Below, in pieces: positions 1 through 12,400 of a stretch of 64,000 nt of DNA. Source of the stretch: Amphiscolops sp. MND2022 (taxonomy: Eukaryota); the NCBI GenBank assembly GCA_964187785.1, contig OZ076409.1, forward strand, positions 34,722,001 through 34,786,000, read 5' to 3'. A model generated the notes under the pieces. The model had not been told where the DNA came from and ran no database searches. It saw nothing but the letters and a program-made list of their open reading frames with translations. The position numbers and the translations under genes are program-made. Each line of letters begins with the position of its first letter. Positions within the stretch are counted from its first letter, which is position 1.

Positions 1-399
1 ACGCTTAATTTGTGACAGCAATCATCTGAAAGGCTTGCTATATAGAGATCGAATTTCCGAGGTCGTACGGAATGAGGTTGACTACTGTGGTCGAATTACA
101 CAGGTCGAACGAGCTGAGATCGAACTTGGTAGAACACGTCGGGTCGAAATTTATCAAATTTCTCGAATCGAAACAGTTTTTGAAATTCGACACAATTCAA
201 TCTCCAGAATTGTCACTGGTCGACCCGAGAAGGTACCCTTGTTTCCGACCTGAGGGATTCGATCCGTATCCGCACACCCAATTCTACAAACTGGACCTAA
301 TTCACATGGGTTGTCCGGGTTCGACAACCTTAGTTTAACCGACTGTCAGGGTTCGATCATAAGATATCGGGAATAAACAGTAAGTTGTCGGGGCTCGAT

Positions 400-3300
400 G
401 GAAATGTGAATAAAACAAAAACGGCGGGACTTGCCAATAATGACACTGATAAAGGGTATAAAAAGAAGCTGAGAGAAGGTTGACATTTGATAGATACTTT
501 GTTCTACCTAAATTGCTAAACGATAAACTCTGATTTATTCTCTAGAAAGATTTCCAAATTATTCTTCCCTCAACATCCTTCTAATCCTATCTTCCAAGCC
601 AAAACCTATCTCTCTGTGCTAGGCAGAGATACTATACTGATGATAGAATTAAGGGTTCAGTCCTGCAAGCTATCACTTATTTTGAATACGGTACAAGTTT
701 ATATCAAGAATATGAGGATATATATAATTTCTGTATGAAAAACCCTATTTGCGGGAGGATGTTAATAATAGCAGTTCATGAGTCTATATATTCAGTTTAT
801 TTGAATTCAAAATGTAGTTTCTGAGTTGTTCACAATCAGCCAATACACACTTTCCTGCCTCAGTCACTTGCTCATACACAAACAATTAACTTCCTATGAA
901 ATGAAAATACCACCCAGAGAAGGCTTTGACTGCTGTATTGCAGCAGTCTCTATTGAAAAGAGGAAAATTTTGCTGGGATCAATATACGTACATTTAGGAA
1001 ACACTGAAAACATCGAAAGCGCCACAGATGTTCTGACTGAAGTGTATACGTTATGCAAAAATGAAAATATTACCGGACCAATAATCTTCGGGGATTAGAA
1101 TTCGAGGCATCCACTATGGGGCGATAATTTAGAAAAGAAATATGGTAAATTACTCGCCGACTACTGAGCCGACAATGGTCTTTCTATAATAAGCCCTCAC
1201 CAGCCCATTTTTGTCTCAGCAAGCAAGAACGGTAGCAGCATAATCGATTTTTGCATCACTGAACAAAAATGCTCTGATCTGGTATGCATTGCACGAGTGA
1301 TCGAAGATATCGAATCCTTCTCTGGTGCTCCAGAGCAAGGTCATTGGCATGTTCTATTTGATATAGATATTCCTGTGAATTATGATAATCCTAAACGGGG
1401 TGTGCTAAACTACAAAATGGCAAATTGGGAAGAAATAAGTATACAGCTGGAAAATATTATGGTGGAAAACATGGATAGCATGATAACGGAAGCACCTACG
1501 AAAGCTCTCCTAATATTTATAGGCCTAGTCAGAGGAGTTTGTGAAAATTCGATTCCACGCAAAACACTTTGCAAATATTCCAAACCATACTGGGGCAATA
1601 AATTGACTCACTTATCGCAAAAATTGAAAGATGCACGCAAAAAATATAGACTCCAATGTAACCCAAAAACAAGAACATTGTTGAAATGGCTAAAATCGAA
1701 TTCAAAAAGGAAATGCAAAAGAATAATACCCGTTGGACGCAAAATGGCATCATGGAAATTAATGAGAAAACTCTAAAACATTTTTCGATAATATCCGCAA
1801 ATTCAATGGTTCAATGGACTTAAATAACATAGGAGTACTTCGTCACAAGGGTAGGACACTGAAAAAGGATTGCCATAAAGCTGCGCTCTTTTAGCGTGTT
1901 TTCTTCGATGGTGCACACCTAACTGGTAAACTATTTGACGCCGCTTTTTATGAAAAAACAAAAGTAGAAGTGAAAGAGACGTTGGCTCACACCGTTGGGG
2001 ATTATCACAATGAGGAGGTCAAGAATGATCTAAACATGCGTATTACAATGGATGGGATGAACTTAAACAAGCTATAAAGAAAATGAAGACAAACAACGAG
2101 GGCGTTGATCCTTATGGCCTTCATCCTAAACTATTACAGAAATTCAAATTTAACACCATTAGCATATGTTTGCACTTGCTAAACAGTGCAATCTTCATGG
2201 GGATTGGGCCATTTGATAAAACAATAGTCAAATTCTTGAAAAAAACTGGCAAAACTGATTTTTCTAATCCACCTTCATGGAGACCTATTTCACTTACATC
2301 CCATTTAGGAAAAGTAGTTAAACGAGTGATAGATAGAAGACTAAGATCATCAGATATCCTCGACATGGATGAGCAACAATTTGGTTTTCAACCAGGCAAG
2401 TCAACTTTGCACTACTTATACAAATTATATCATGATATCTTAGCAATGAACAATTTACCAATAGCAACAGTATATGATCTAGAGAAAGCTTTTGATTCCG
2501 TAGATCAAACTTTATTGCTAAGCAACCTAATAAACAGTGGTGTAAATGGTCCAATGTTAGCTACTATAAAATCTTTTTTACCGAATCGGAAAGTCACTAT
2601 CCAAGTCAATGATTATATCGACATGTCATTTGTCCCTCTTGATGGTTTACCTCAGGGGATGTACTGTCACCACTTTTGTTTATATTTTATATGAAGGGCT
2701 TCCTCCATGATGCGGACTTAACATATAAGTATGCAGATGACAGTACTTGTCTTTCAAGCAAGGAAAACTTGAGCGCATCTTTAGAAAGGCAGAAAACTAT
2801 ACATACAAATGGAGGCAGGTGCTGAATAGACAAAACTGAACATGTAAATTTCTCCAAAGAAATATTTCAGTCCGACAATAAATTTGTTGAGAGAAGTAAA
2901 ATACTGGGCCTATGGTTTGAGCGAGATTTGAGTTTCAAAACACATGCTGCCCTTATCTTTGCCTCAGTGGTTAATTTCTGGAAAGAAACTAGTATACTTA
3001 TAATGCAAGGATTATATCCATTTCACGCTGTTTGTATCTTTGATTCATATGTGAAACGGAGTGTACGCTTTGATCTAATTGCTTGGGTCTAATGGAATTA
3101 GATCTAACTGTTAGGTCTAACTTTCAGATCTAATTTTATTTAAAATACTTAGGTCTAACCCCTTTATGATCTAATATGTGTTCTGAAAGCGAAAATATAT
3201 TGTGGGGCATATGCGATGTATGCACGCTCGCCCTCACCGTCGCAAAGGCCAGCTCCCACTACGATCGCTTCGCGATCTCCGTTCCGGCTACGTCTTTGCT

Positions 3301-4238
3301 CCTGTTCGACCTCGCTTAGCAAGATGGGAATTAAAGCGGCCCCAAGGGGCCGCGGGGCACTAGAGGAAATGTGGACATATCCGAGGCACGTTTTTTACTT
3401 TATATCACTTTTTAGTTTTAGATCCTCATTGACTTATTTTTTTCTCAAATTAGATCAAGTTAGAAGAGATTTTTAGACCTGATTATTTAGATCAATTTGT
3501 TTAGATCTCAGTTTTGCCCCCTTTCTTAGATCTATTTCATTAGACCTGATTCCACGTAGCCATGTGAAACCACGTGTAGCGTACTGTATGACTATATGGT
3601 TTCATCAAAATATGACATCTCTGGACAAGATGTGGTGGAGTGTTCATAAATCTATCTTTGGGATAAGAAACCACCGAGTATCGAAACACGTACTTAGTGT
3701 TTTAAGTAATATTTGGCCTCCTTCTCTACTCTACACTTATAAAGTCTTTATGTTTCTAATTCAACTGCTAAAAGTGCAGATATTCTAAACCCCGGTAATT
3801 TAGCAATTATACCCCAACATATTAATATGGTGAGATTCTTTTTGATACACAAACTTTTAATTGTAAATCGTGATCCCGATGAAATCAAGGAAATTTACAT
3901 ACAATATGCTAAACAATCCTCAGTCAATACTTTTAAGAAGGAGGTTGATGAGTATTGCAGGCACTTATGGCAACGAGAAATAAAGCAAGGTCTTATGTAC
4001 TCAAATTACTCAGGGCTTAAATTAAGAAACAGCATCATGAAAATGCTTGCACCATATCCTAGGAAAGTTTCTGTCAAAAACGCTACGTGTTCTAATGAAT
4101 GATTTTGAAGTACGCGAAGTATTATTCAGAAGTAAAAAGAGCAAAACCGATATTTGTCCCTATTGTAGAGTTGTCGATGATACTGCACATTTCTTATTTT
4201 CCTGTGTCTCATACCAAGAAAACCGAAAGAGATTCATT
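400..4238 (+). mobile_element. Decayed non-LTR (LINE) retrotransposon ORF2 (APE endonuclease, RT, CCHC finger), copy 1; 5' boundary approximate
   Basis: Fragmented ORFs carry APE motifs (LLGSIY, PIIFGD*NSRHPLWG, SIIDFCIT), SKPYW, and RT motifs WRPISLTSHLGK, QFGFQPGKST, DLEKAFDSV, GLPQG and YADD (~2729). A C-terminal CPYC..HFLFSC finger follows. There are many stops and frameshifts. Confidence 0.93.
3058..3561. mobile_element. Non-autonomous DNA transposon (MITE, 9-bp TSD, Mutator-like) inserted in LINE copy 1
   Basis: ATGTGAAAC is duplicated at 3049-3057 and 3562-3570. Ends are GG...CC, with inverted subterminal arrays of GATCTAA/GGTCTAA. Removing it restores the LINE frame DSYVKPRVAYC. Confidence 0.88.
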
Positions 4239-4400
4239 GGGTGGCTGTAAATAGGTCGAATTTTTCTGGTCGAAAGGACAGAGGTCGAACCTTTTGGTTC
4301 GAATTGCAGGGATCGAATGGAATGCGGTCGAATTTTATCGTATTTGATGTATGGCTCGGGGTATTATTGCCGCGGGCGTATAATTGATATACTCTAATGT

Positions 4401-4600
4401 NNNNNNNNNNNNNNNNNNNNNNNNNNNNNNNNNNNNNNNNNNNNNNNNNNNNNNNNNNNNNNNNNNNNNNNNNNNNNNNNNNNNNNNNNNNNNNNNNNNN
4501 NNNNNNNNNNNNNNNNNNNNNNNNNNNNNNNNNNNNNNNNNNNNNNNNNNNNNNNNNNNNNNNNNNNNNNNNNNNNNNNNNNNNNNNNNNNNNNNNNNNN
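4401..4600. other. Assembly gap (200 N)
   Basis: Run of N. Confidence 1.
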
Positions 4601-4874
4601 TAGCGGAAGCCGACTTCTTGGCTGCTTGACTAAACAGGCGTTCGACAATATCTATTCCAACCTGTTATAAATGCTGCGAGCTTTTTCACTTCTTCGATTT
4701 GAATGCTGCGATTCGATTAGTTTCATAGGATTTGGATAACGAGAATTCGCCTATTGATTTCCATCTTTACCGCATTTGCACTTCCAAATACCTTGTTCAG
4801 TGCTTCTTGTGTAATAAAAACCAACAAATGCCCTGTTGATTGTATATATTGTGTGTATAATGGGTGGTTAACAA

Positions 4875-5672
4875 CTCATGTTGAGCTTTCCTTGAGAATC
4901 TGTACAGATCTGTGAGCCTTTTTTCCTTGAGGATCTGTAAAGATCGTGCCACTGATACGTTAGGACAACTGCAGATCTGCCAGGATCTTTACAGATGTTC
5001 AAATTTTTTCTGTACAGATTTTCCAGGAAATTTTTCCGGAGTTCCTGGAAAACAATGTATTGCATTTTTGGGCTTCTTCAAAAAGTATTTTAGCTTACCA
5101 AGGCTCAGTCAGTTAAAACTCTCCATCACTCAAATTTCTTGAGCAGGAAAGTTTGTCCCCATCACGGTAATTTTGGTGTCTGGGGAATATTCGGTATTGC
5201 TTTTCCACGGTAATTAATTCCTTTCACTTGAACTTTCCCGAAGTGGTTGTTCAGCTTTAAGAGGCTCGTTTGCCATATTGACTTTGATTTCGCGGATGTA
5301 ATTAGACATGTGACCACCGTCTGGGTTGGTAGAGGTGTTGATAAAATTATGTGGTTGTAATATTTCGGGTACATGGTTTGCTGGATTAGTTTTTGTAATG
5401 GCTGGAAACTTGGAATACGGTATATCAGTTTTTTGGTCATGGTTCATTTTCGGAATTCATCCTGGAATATCTGTCAGGATCCGTACAGATTCACACAGAA
5501 ACTTTTTAAAATTTTCCATCGAGAGACGTGTTTATCTCGTAGAGCACTTTTTAATCAACAAATATTTAAATTTCAAACTGTATTTACGACTGGTTAAATT
5601 TCTACAAATCCTGGAATATCTGTCAGGATCTGTCAGGATCTGTACAGATTCGCCGGGAGTGCTCAACATGGG
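4875..5672. mobile_element. Non-autonomous TIR element with subterminal GGATCTGT/ACAGATC repeats
   Basis: The left end C(T)CATGTTGAGC..GAATCTGTACAGATC is inverted relative to the right end GATCTGTACAGATTC..GCTCAACATGGG. AA flanks both sides (possible 2-bp TSD). Confidence 0.7.
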
Positions 5673-6188
5673 AACTCAATACTCATCTGAAACAAGAAAA
5701 CTTCAGCTAATCAGAGTCGAGTGACGTCACAGTTTTATTTCTGAGAAACGAGTATATTATTGAATTCATATAAAATGAATAATCCTAATTCCGATCATGT
5801 GGAATAAAATATTGATATTTTTTGAAAGCCAAAATAAGTTTATTGATTTTCTTCATTTTCAGTAATTTTTCAACATCCCTGGTTGGTTATGTAACGAAAG
5901 ATCAGTGAACGATCGATCTTTATAAATTGGCGTTTTTGTTAAAACGCAGACTATAACTTTGGCTTTTCTTCTTTCAAAGACTACCCGAACAGCGAGCGTT
6001 GTTCTATATTTACTTCTTCACCTCCATTGAATTTATTTTGTTTCCACGTCGTTTGGCCTAGTGGATAGGGTGCGTGACCGAGGAGCAAGTTTTCGACTCC
6101 CGGGCTGAACTGATTTGTCTTGATTTCGCAAAGACCGAAAAAGACCGAAAGATATACCCTGTTTATTTTCTTGGCACTATGCTGATTT

Positions 6189-6807
6189 TTAGTCGGCGCT
6201 TTCCGTAGAAAACGCAGACTATAGTAGCAGTGGCTTTTCCTAAGCCCAACGACGTGACAGATTTTATAAGCTTCATATGCTGTTGCTTCCACTAACTGCC
6301 ACACTAGACTTGTAACTTCTACTGCCACTTAGCTAGGGGTTAATCAGGATTTTTTGAGGTCTGCAAAACCGAAGGGCGTGGGTTCGAGACTCGCCCTTGA
6401 CCAAAAAATTTTGTGCGTCTTATTTCGGCTTTGTGAGACTTTTTTGGCAAATTTTTTAATGTCTCCAAAGGGTCTCCCTTCAATTTTTTGATATTTTGCA
6501 ACAAAATGGATGTTCAAAAAATCCCAAAGGGTCCTTTTTTACATTTTGCGGCACTATGCGACTTACCGGATACTTGAAAAAAATCGAAAAAAAATCGGAA
6601 AACTTTTATCCTCAATTTTGTTTTTTGAGATGTTTAGTTGTCTCCAGTTGTGAAAAAAGGTTTTCGAGTCTTATGCGTATCCCTTGAGATATAATTTCGC
6701 ACTGTGAAATTGATGAAATTTTAACAAAAGTGTACTTTTGCATATGTAGAAACCGTTACTCTTGTGAATCTAGAGCGGGCGCCAACTGGGGCCGTTCCTG
6801 GCTTGTT
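6189..6807 (+). mobile_element. DINE-1/HINE-like non-autonomous Helentron-type repeat
   Basis: Begins TTAGTCGGCGCTTT..AAAACGCAGACT and ends GGCGCCAACTGGGGCCGTTCCTGGCTTGTT. Contains internal AAAGGGTCCC-type subrepeats. Confidence 0.7.
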
Positions 6808-7293
6808 TTCATTTTGACAGCGGTGGTTTTCGGTTAAAAAACTGTCTTCATTTGGGATTTTTGGCACTTTGTGTGTTTGAAAAAATTCAGAAATTAATTT
6901 TACCTTTCAAATCAAATTTCATTTTTCAATCAATTTACCTCGTAGCTCAAATATATGCTGAAACAACTACATTCTAAAATAAATCTTTTGCGTAATTAAC
7001 CATTTTGTATATTTCTCTGTTAATCAGGCTCTTTGGATGCCTCGGGAGCTGGACATGCCGTGTTCGGGCGGGTGAAGGAAACTGTAAAAATTTCTTCTTG
7101 AAAAAATTTCCAGCTTTCCATTTTGCAAACGTAAAGGTCTCCTTTTGTGATTTTCGGCACTATGAAACTTTTTCTGAAATGAGAAAACTTTTCAAAACTT
7201 TGTCTTCGAAAATATATTTTTTTCATCTTTCGAGTTAAGGAAAATGCGGTTTTCGAGTCAATCATTCGATATTCGAGGATACGCCAACCAGTA

Positions 7294-7632
7294 CTAAATG
7301 GACCAAAAAAAGTAATTCAAAATCGTATTATTTGTAAACAATGTCCTGAAATTCTTTCATTTTTTCTTTCAATCTTTCAGACAGAAACTTAATTGTTACG
7401 TAATCTCATCTTCAACGAAGGATGGCTGGAACCATCAGAAAGAGTCTAGACGTCTTGGCTAGTTTTTTCGTTCTCACATTCAATGTGTGAAAATGCTCTC
7501 GCATCTAACAAAAGATGCTAATTAGAATGACTCACAACCACATTCAAAGTTGTTCTGAAACGTTTCTTGACAAACATTTGCAATTTTGAAAACTCGAAAA
7601 TTTTTATGCCTTCTGTTTTTTGGTTCACCTAG
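7294..7632. mobile_element. Tc1/mariner-like MITE (TA-flanked), copy a
   Basis: TA|CTAAATGGACCAAAAAAAG ... TTTTTGGTTCACCTAG|TA. The interior is inverted-homologous to 7676-8006. Confidence 0.6.
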
Positions 7633-7675
7633 TATTGCCAATTGTTTTGTGTAAAATATGTTCAGGATGCCCATA

Positions 7676-8006
7676 CTAGGTGAACCATAAAAAAAGCGGA
7701 AAATTTATGTCAACAAATGTTGCAAAACAACTCTGAACATCGCAATTCAGCTTATCAGTCATTCAATTTGACATCTTTTCTTCGAAGCAACGGAACTTTC
7801 ACTCACCAGAAGTGTGGACGAAATGACTGGTAAGGTCCAAGGTCTAGACTTTTTCTGATGGTTCGAATTATTCTTTGTTGAAGATTTGATTACGTAATGA
7901 GAGGAGGATTGACAAAGAAAGTGAAAGATTTTCAGAGTCGCGTTTACTAATTTTACGATTTTGAGGAGTGAATATTTTGTGCATTCCGCTTTTTTGGTTC
8001 ACCTAG
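7676..8006. mobile_element. Tc1/mariner-like MITE (TA-flanked), copy b
   Basis: TA|CTAGGTGAACCATAAAAAAAGCGG ... CCGCTTTTTTGGTTCACCTAG|TA terminal inverted repeats. Confidence 0.75.
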
Positions 8007-8214
8007 TATTTCAACTGAGTTAAAAGTACCTGAGCAGACCTTTCTTATTTTTGATAGTAGAGTTGATTCAATTTGAGCAAACCTTGTTACTGTGAATGAT
8101 TGACAAGATGCCAAGTGCGTTTTTGAACTATATAAGATATGCTGGTGATGAATGTTTCACAATTTGACACTTCGAGCAATTGAACGCATTCACTTTTAAT
8201 GGAGGCACCAAGTA

Positions 8215-8578
8215 CTAGATAATCTACAAAAAATGTAGAACTAAAAATTTCGCAATTTTGACAACGTAAGCATTTGTTAATAGGATGTAAAAAGTTTTTC
8301 CAGGTTTCTATTATTCGCCCAATAATCATTCAGAGCAACATCAGCGTCTAGGAGAACATCAGACAGATCTGGCAAGTATTCACAACATAAATCAGAAAGC
8401 CATCCCCCAAAACTTACTGTTTCATCATAGTTAATTTGAGAACGTGTTTCGCTTTTCGATTGACAGCTCCCATCAGACTCACAATACGTTTCGAGACATA
8501 TTTTGATGCTTTGCATACTCAGTTTTTTTTTCATTCGAGTGACAAAAGTGAATTTGCCGTTTTTGGCGGGTCACCTGG
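8215..8578. mobile_element. Diverged member of the same TA-flanked MITE family
   Basis: TA|CTAGATAATCTACAAAAAATG ... CCGTTTTTGGCGGGTCACCTGG|TA, weak similarity. Confidence 0.4.
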
Positions 8579-9016
8579 TACTAGTTGATCCGCAAAAAAA
8601 GTACCGATAAGAATTGCTGCAAATTTGGGAACGTAATAGTTTGTCAACAAGTAGTTACATCAGCACATCGGTTTTGAAAAAAGTTTTGTATCAAGTTCCG
8701 ACATCATATGGATTGAACCCCTTTGGGTCAGAAACGTTGTTGAAACTGGAGCAAGCCCTGGGCTGAATTTTAGGCCCAGAGAACGCTTTCCCTGCAAGTT
8801 GCATGCACGAATTAGCCTTTCAACAAACTTAGCCGCCTTTCCTGAACAATTTGCTCGCTCCTGAAATTTAAATCTCCAGAGAGCTCAAAAACACAAAGAG
8901 ATTCATTGGAGGGGAAGAGTATGAGACGTTGATAAAAGTTTAAATGCATTTCACGTTTTTACTTGTCAGAAAATGCTTCAATTAGAATCTTTTATATCAT
9001 CATTACAGTCGTACGC

Positions 9017-9228
9017 TGTTATAGACTCGTAAAAAGAATGATAGTAAGAAACGTTCAAATTAGGAGCTGTTCAGTATCACAATCACAACTAAGAGTATCA
9101 AGCTGTATCAACATAAAGTTTAACATCAATTGAATTGTATGTGGTATGGTTTTAATGTTCATTGGCAGGTACTATTCAGGCTTTATACTAATGGTATATG
9201 TCTAGACTGTCTAATCGCCACCTCTACA
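9017..9228 (-). repeat. Gypsy 3' LTR
   Basis: TG...CA ends; direct repeat of 14708-14912. Confidence 0.93.
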
Positions 9229-9422
9229 TTCCCCCTCTTCGGAATAATGGGAACCAGCTTTGATCTCCATTGGTTTCTTTCGGATTGTTGTTTCCTTTCT
9301 TTGTCGCATTCTCTGGGCTGCGGGGTGAAATGGATTACCGTTTTCTGGGTCTTCGGCTTTTGTTCTAAATGGTTCAATGATTATTTAAAAAAGTATTCTA
9401 TTCCACCCAGTTTTTGGCAGTC

Positions 9423-12400
9423 TTAAGTCTGCTTGATCTTCGTACCCCCTTTTCTCCCCCTAAGGTTTCTGTAACTTCCCCTCCCTCGATACTTAAATCT
9501 ACTATACCTTTGTCTACCGATGTAGATGCTTTTGTGGAGATCCGGTTGGGGTTGTGTCGCTACTTTGGCGTTACGTTGGTGCGTCCGTTCCGTGCGGCAG
9601 CCGACCGGCGATGAGACCATAGGCGTTTGGCTGTCGGGCGGTGGTTCCCTAAGTTTTGTCTCTTCACCTTTGGGATATGTTGTTACATCCGTGACGGTAA
9701 GTTCTGAGTCGGCATTCACCGTCGTCGGTGCTTCCCCGGCCGTGGTGGACTGGCTGTCCGAGATTATGGTAATGTCGGGAATTTCTTCCGCTTCTCTTGC
9801 TGGCATGGTTGGGAAGGTTTTACTCGAACTTGCTTGAATATTTTGCTCATCATGCTTCTTGTTTTCAGGCATTATCCGTTTGTGGGTTCTATATAGTTCG
9901 TCATTGCTAAAACGGCCGCATCTAGTACATCTCTTTCTTGGCTTCTTTTTTTTCTCTATTTTCTTTGACGGCTGAAATTTTAAAGGGTTAGACTCCAGTT
10001 TCTTATGAATTGTTTTTCCATCGGCCATAGTTACAGTGTGTTTAGTTCTTTTAACCGCGATTAAATTTTTATCAGTTTTAAATATGCAATTCATTGCGTT
10101 CGGCTTGGTTTATTCGTCGAAAAACTGGCATTCTTTAAACTTATCGCCTACCGATCTTCATCTCCTCCTTGATTCGTTGAACACCAAATTGTCTGCAAAT
10201 TCTCCGTCCAAATTATGAATGGTCAGTCATGAATTCCAGTCAGACAATAGGCAAGTAGGTTGGCCTATCATGTTGGTGATAGGCGTACGTGATTTTTGTC
10301 CAAAAATGCATTTGAAAAAGTGTCATTTTCAATGTATTAAGTGGCGTTTGTCTAATAGTTTTAATTGCCACTTGGACGCTTTCTACAAAAACAATCCGTC
10401 TTCTAAACTGGCTCCAGTTAGTGATTTGATCGTGCGTATTGTTCTCTCGACCATTCCGGTTCCCGTATGCAAGTTAGGGGTACACCGTATTCAGTTTATT
10501 ATTTCGCCGTTACAGTAGTCTTTAAACTCTTGGCATTTAAAGCAGCCGCCGTTATCGGTGCGAATAGTCCGTGGTGTTCCGTTATCTACACAGTATTTAG
10601 TTAAAAATTTCATTACGGTCCGTGAGTCCGTATTCTTGCAAATTTAGGTTGTTGGCCATTTACTATAACGATCAATAGCTACTAAAATGTAAATGTCTCC
10701 GCGAGTTTTTAATTTGATTGGACCAGCAAAGTCCAATTGGATTTCTTGGTTAGGTTCAGCTAAAATTTCGAGTCTATTTATCTCCGTATGTGGTAATTGT
10801 GTTTTTATATTCTTACCTGCTGCTCTGCAGTCAGGACAGTTTTCTGATTTTCTCGAATCTCGCGGTGTCAGCCGGGCCACCAAAATGTTTCCACTGACTG
10901 GTCCAGTTTGTTTGTGGATACATGTACCTGATGTAAAAACCCTATTATCGTCGACCTCATTGCCTCGGGGATAACAATTTTATCATTGTAAAATAACACT
11001 CCGAAACGGGTTGTCAGATGTTCCCGTTGTGGACGATACGGATACAATATATTTTCCGGTCGTCCTGCTTCAAGGGCAATTATTGCATCCAGCATTTTGG
11101 CATCTTGTGCCGTTTCTTCGACTAATAGCGGTAGAACCATTGAGAAATCTTTCTCTGCTTTCTCTATCGTTTCTGCCGTCGTCTCATTACGGTGTTCTTG
11201 CAAAGTCTTTTGCTTAGCCGTCTGTTTCAGGCGGATGCGGTTTACGCTGTCGTGTTTCCGCAATTTTTTCAGTACATTGGTCGGGCATTTTTCCTGCTAG
11301 ATTTGACTTGTCTGGCTTTCACTGTCTGGTGATGCATTGATCCACGACTTGTGTATGTTTTCATTGTACTCTCGGAGAGGTCTTGTCCTCAAGGTTTCGC
11401 AGTATTGAAAAAAGCGATTGTATATCATGATGTTTATCTTATCGATTTCTTTTCTCCCTTGTTCGGAGGGGCGATACTCCTGTCCCAAGATTGGGGTCTA
11501 GTTCGGTTTGAGAATTTTGTTTCCTTCCTGGCGTCTTTTGTTTGTCTCGGGAGAGTGTCCTCTCTTTTAAAAGATGAACTCGATATCGATGTCGTTTACC
11601 TCGTCCATCTTCGATTTTGACGGTTAATTGTTTGCAAAATTTGCACTTTTAGCTGGTTTGATGTTGTTTTGCGGTAAGAGTGTTTGAATTGAGTGTCTTA
11701 AAGAAAACACATACCACGACTTTCCGAACGACTCACAGTCATCTTCAAAGTACTGAAGGAAACCAATATATTCTTTTCAATATACATTTCAAAAGGTCAC
11801 ACCACCACTTTTGAGCACCATTGTTTCTTAATTTGTTCACAAGCTCGTGCGCTGCGTCATGATTTGTCGGAATTTTGTGTCGGCGACGGTCCGCCGATGT
11901 ATTGCATAGTGCTTTTCTTCGTACGATTATTTTCGAACAAACCGTATATTTGATTGAACATGAATTCTTCTTCTGCCTCTTATTCGTCGTGTACGCACCT
12001 TGTTTCTGTCTCATTGTCGTGTGTAAAAGGATGGCCGCTCAGATAATCCGTTAGTGTAATGTTCTTACCGGCGGTCTATTGTACGTTGACGTCAAAGTGG
12101 CGTAATCGGTCCAACCAGCGTGTGAGTCTTGCGCTGTACTGCTTGTGGGCCCAATTACGTTTTAGTAACATTTGTTATGCTTGATGGTCGGTTAGGAGGT
12201 TCACTTTCTTCCCGTAGACGTAATATCTAAAATATTCAAGTCCCGATGAAGCGCCCAACAGTTCTAAATCGTTTATGGCTTTTTTTTCAAAATCGGTAAG
12301 GAATCTACTAGAAAAAGCTACCGGTTTGAAAGTCTCACCCTCCATTTGCAATAAAGTTGCCCCTACGCCTGTGTTACGTGCATCGGTTGTTATGTAGTTA

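Noticed and set aside
4384..4648. ORFs of X residues
   Set aside because: Artefacts of the N gap.
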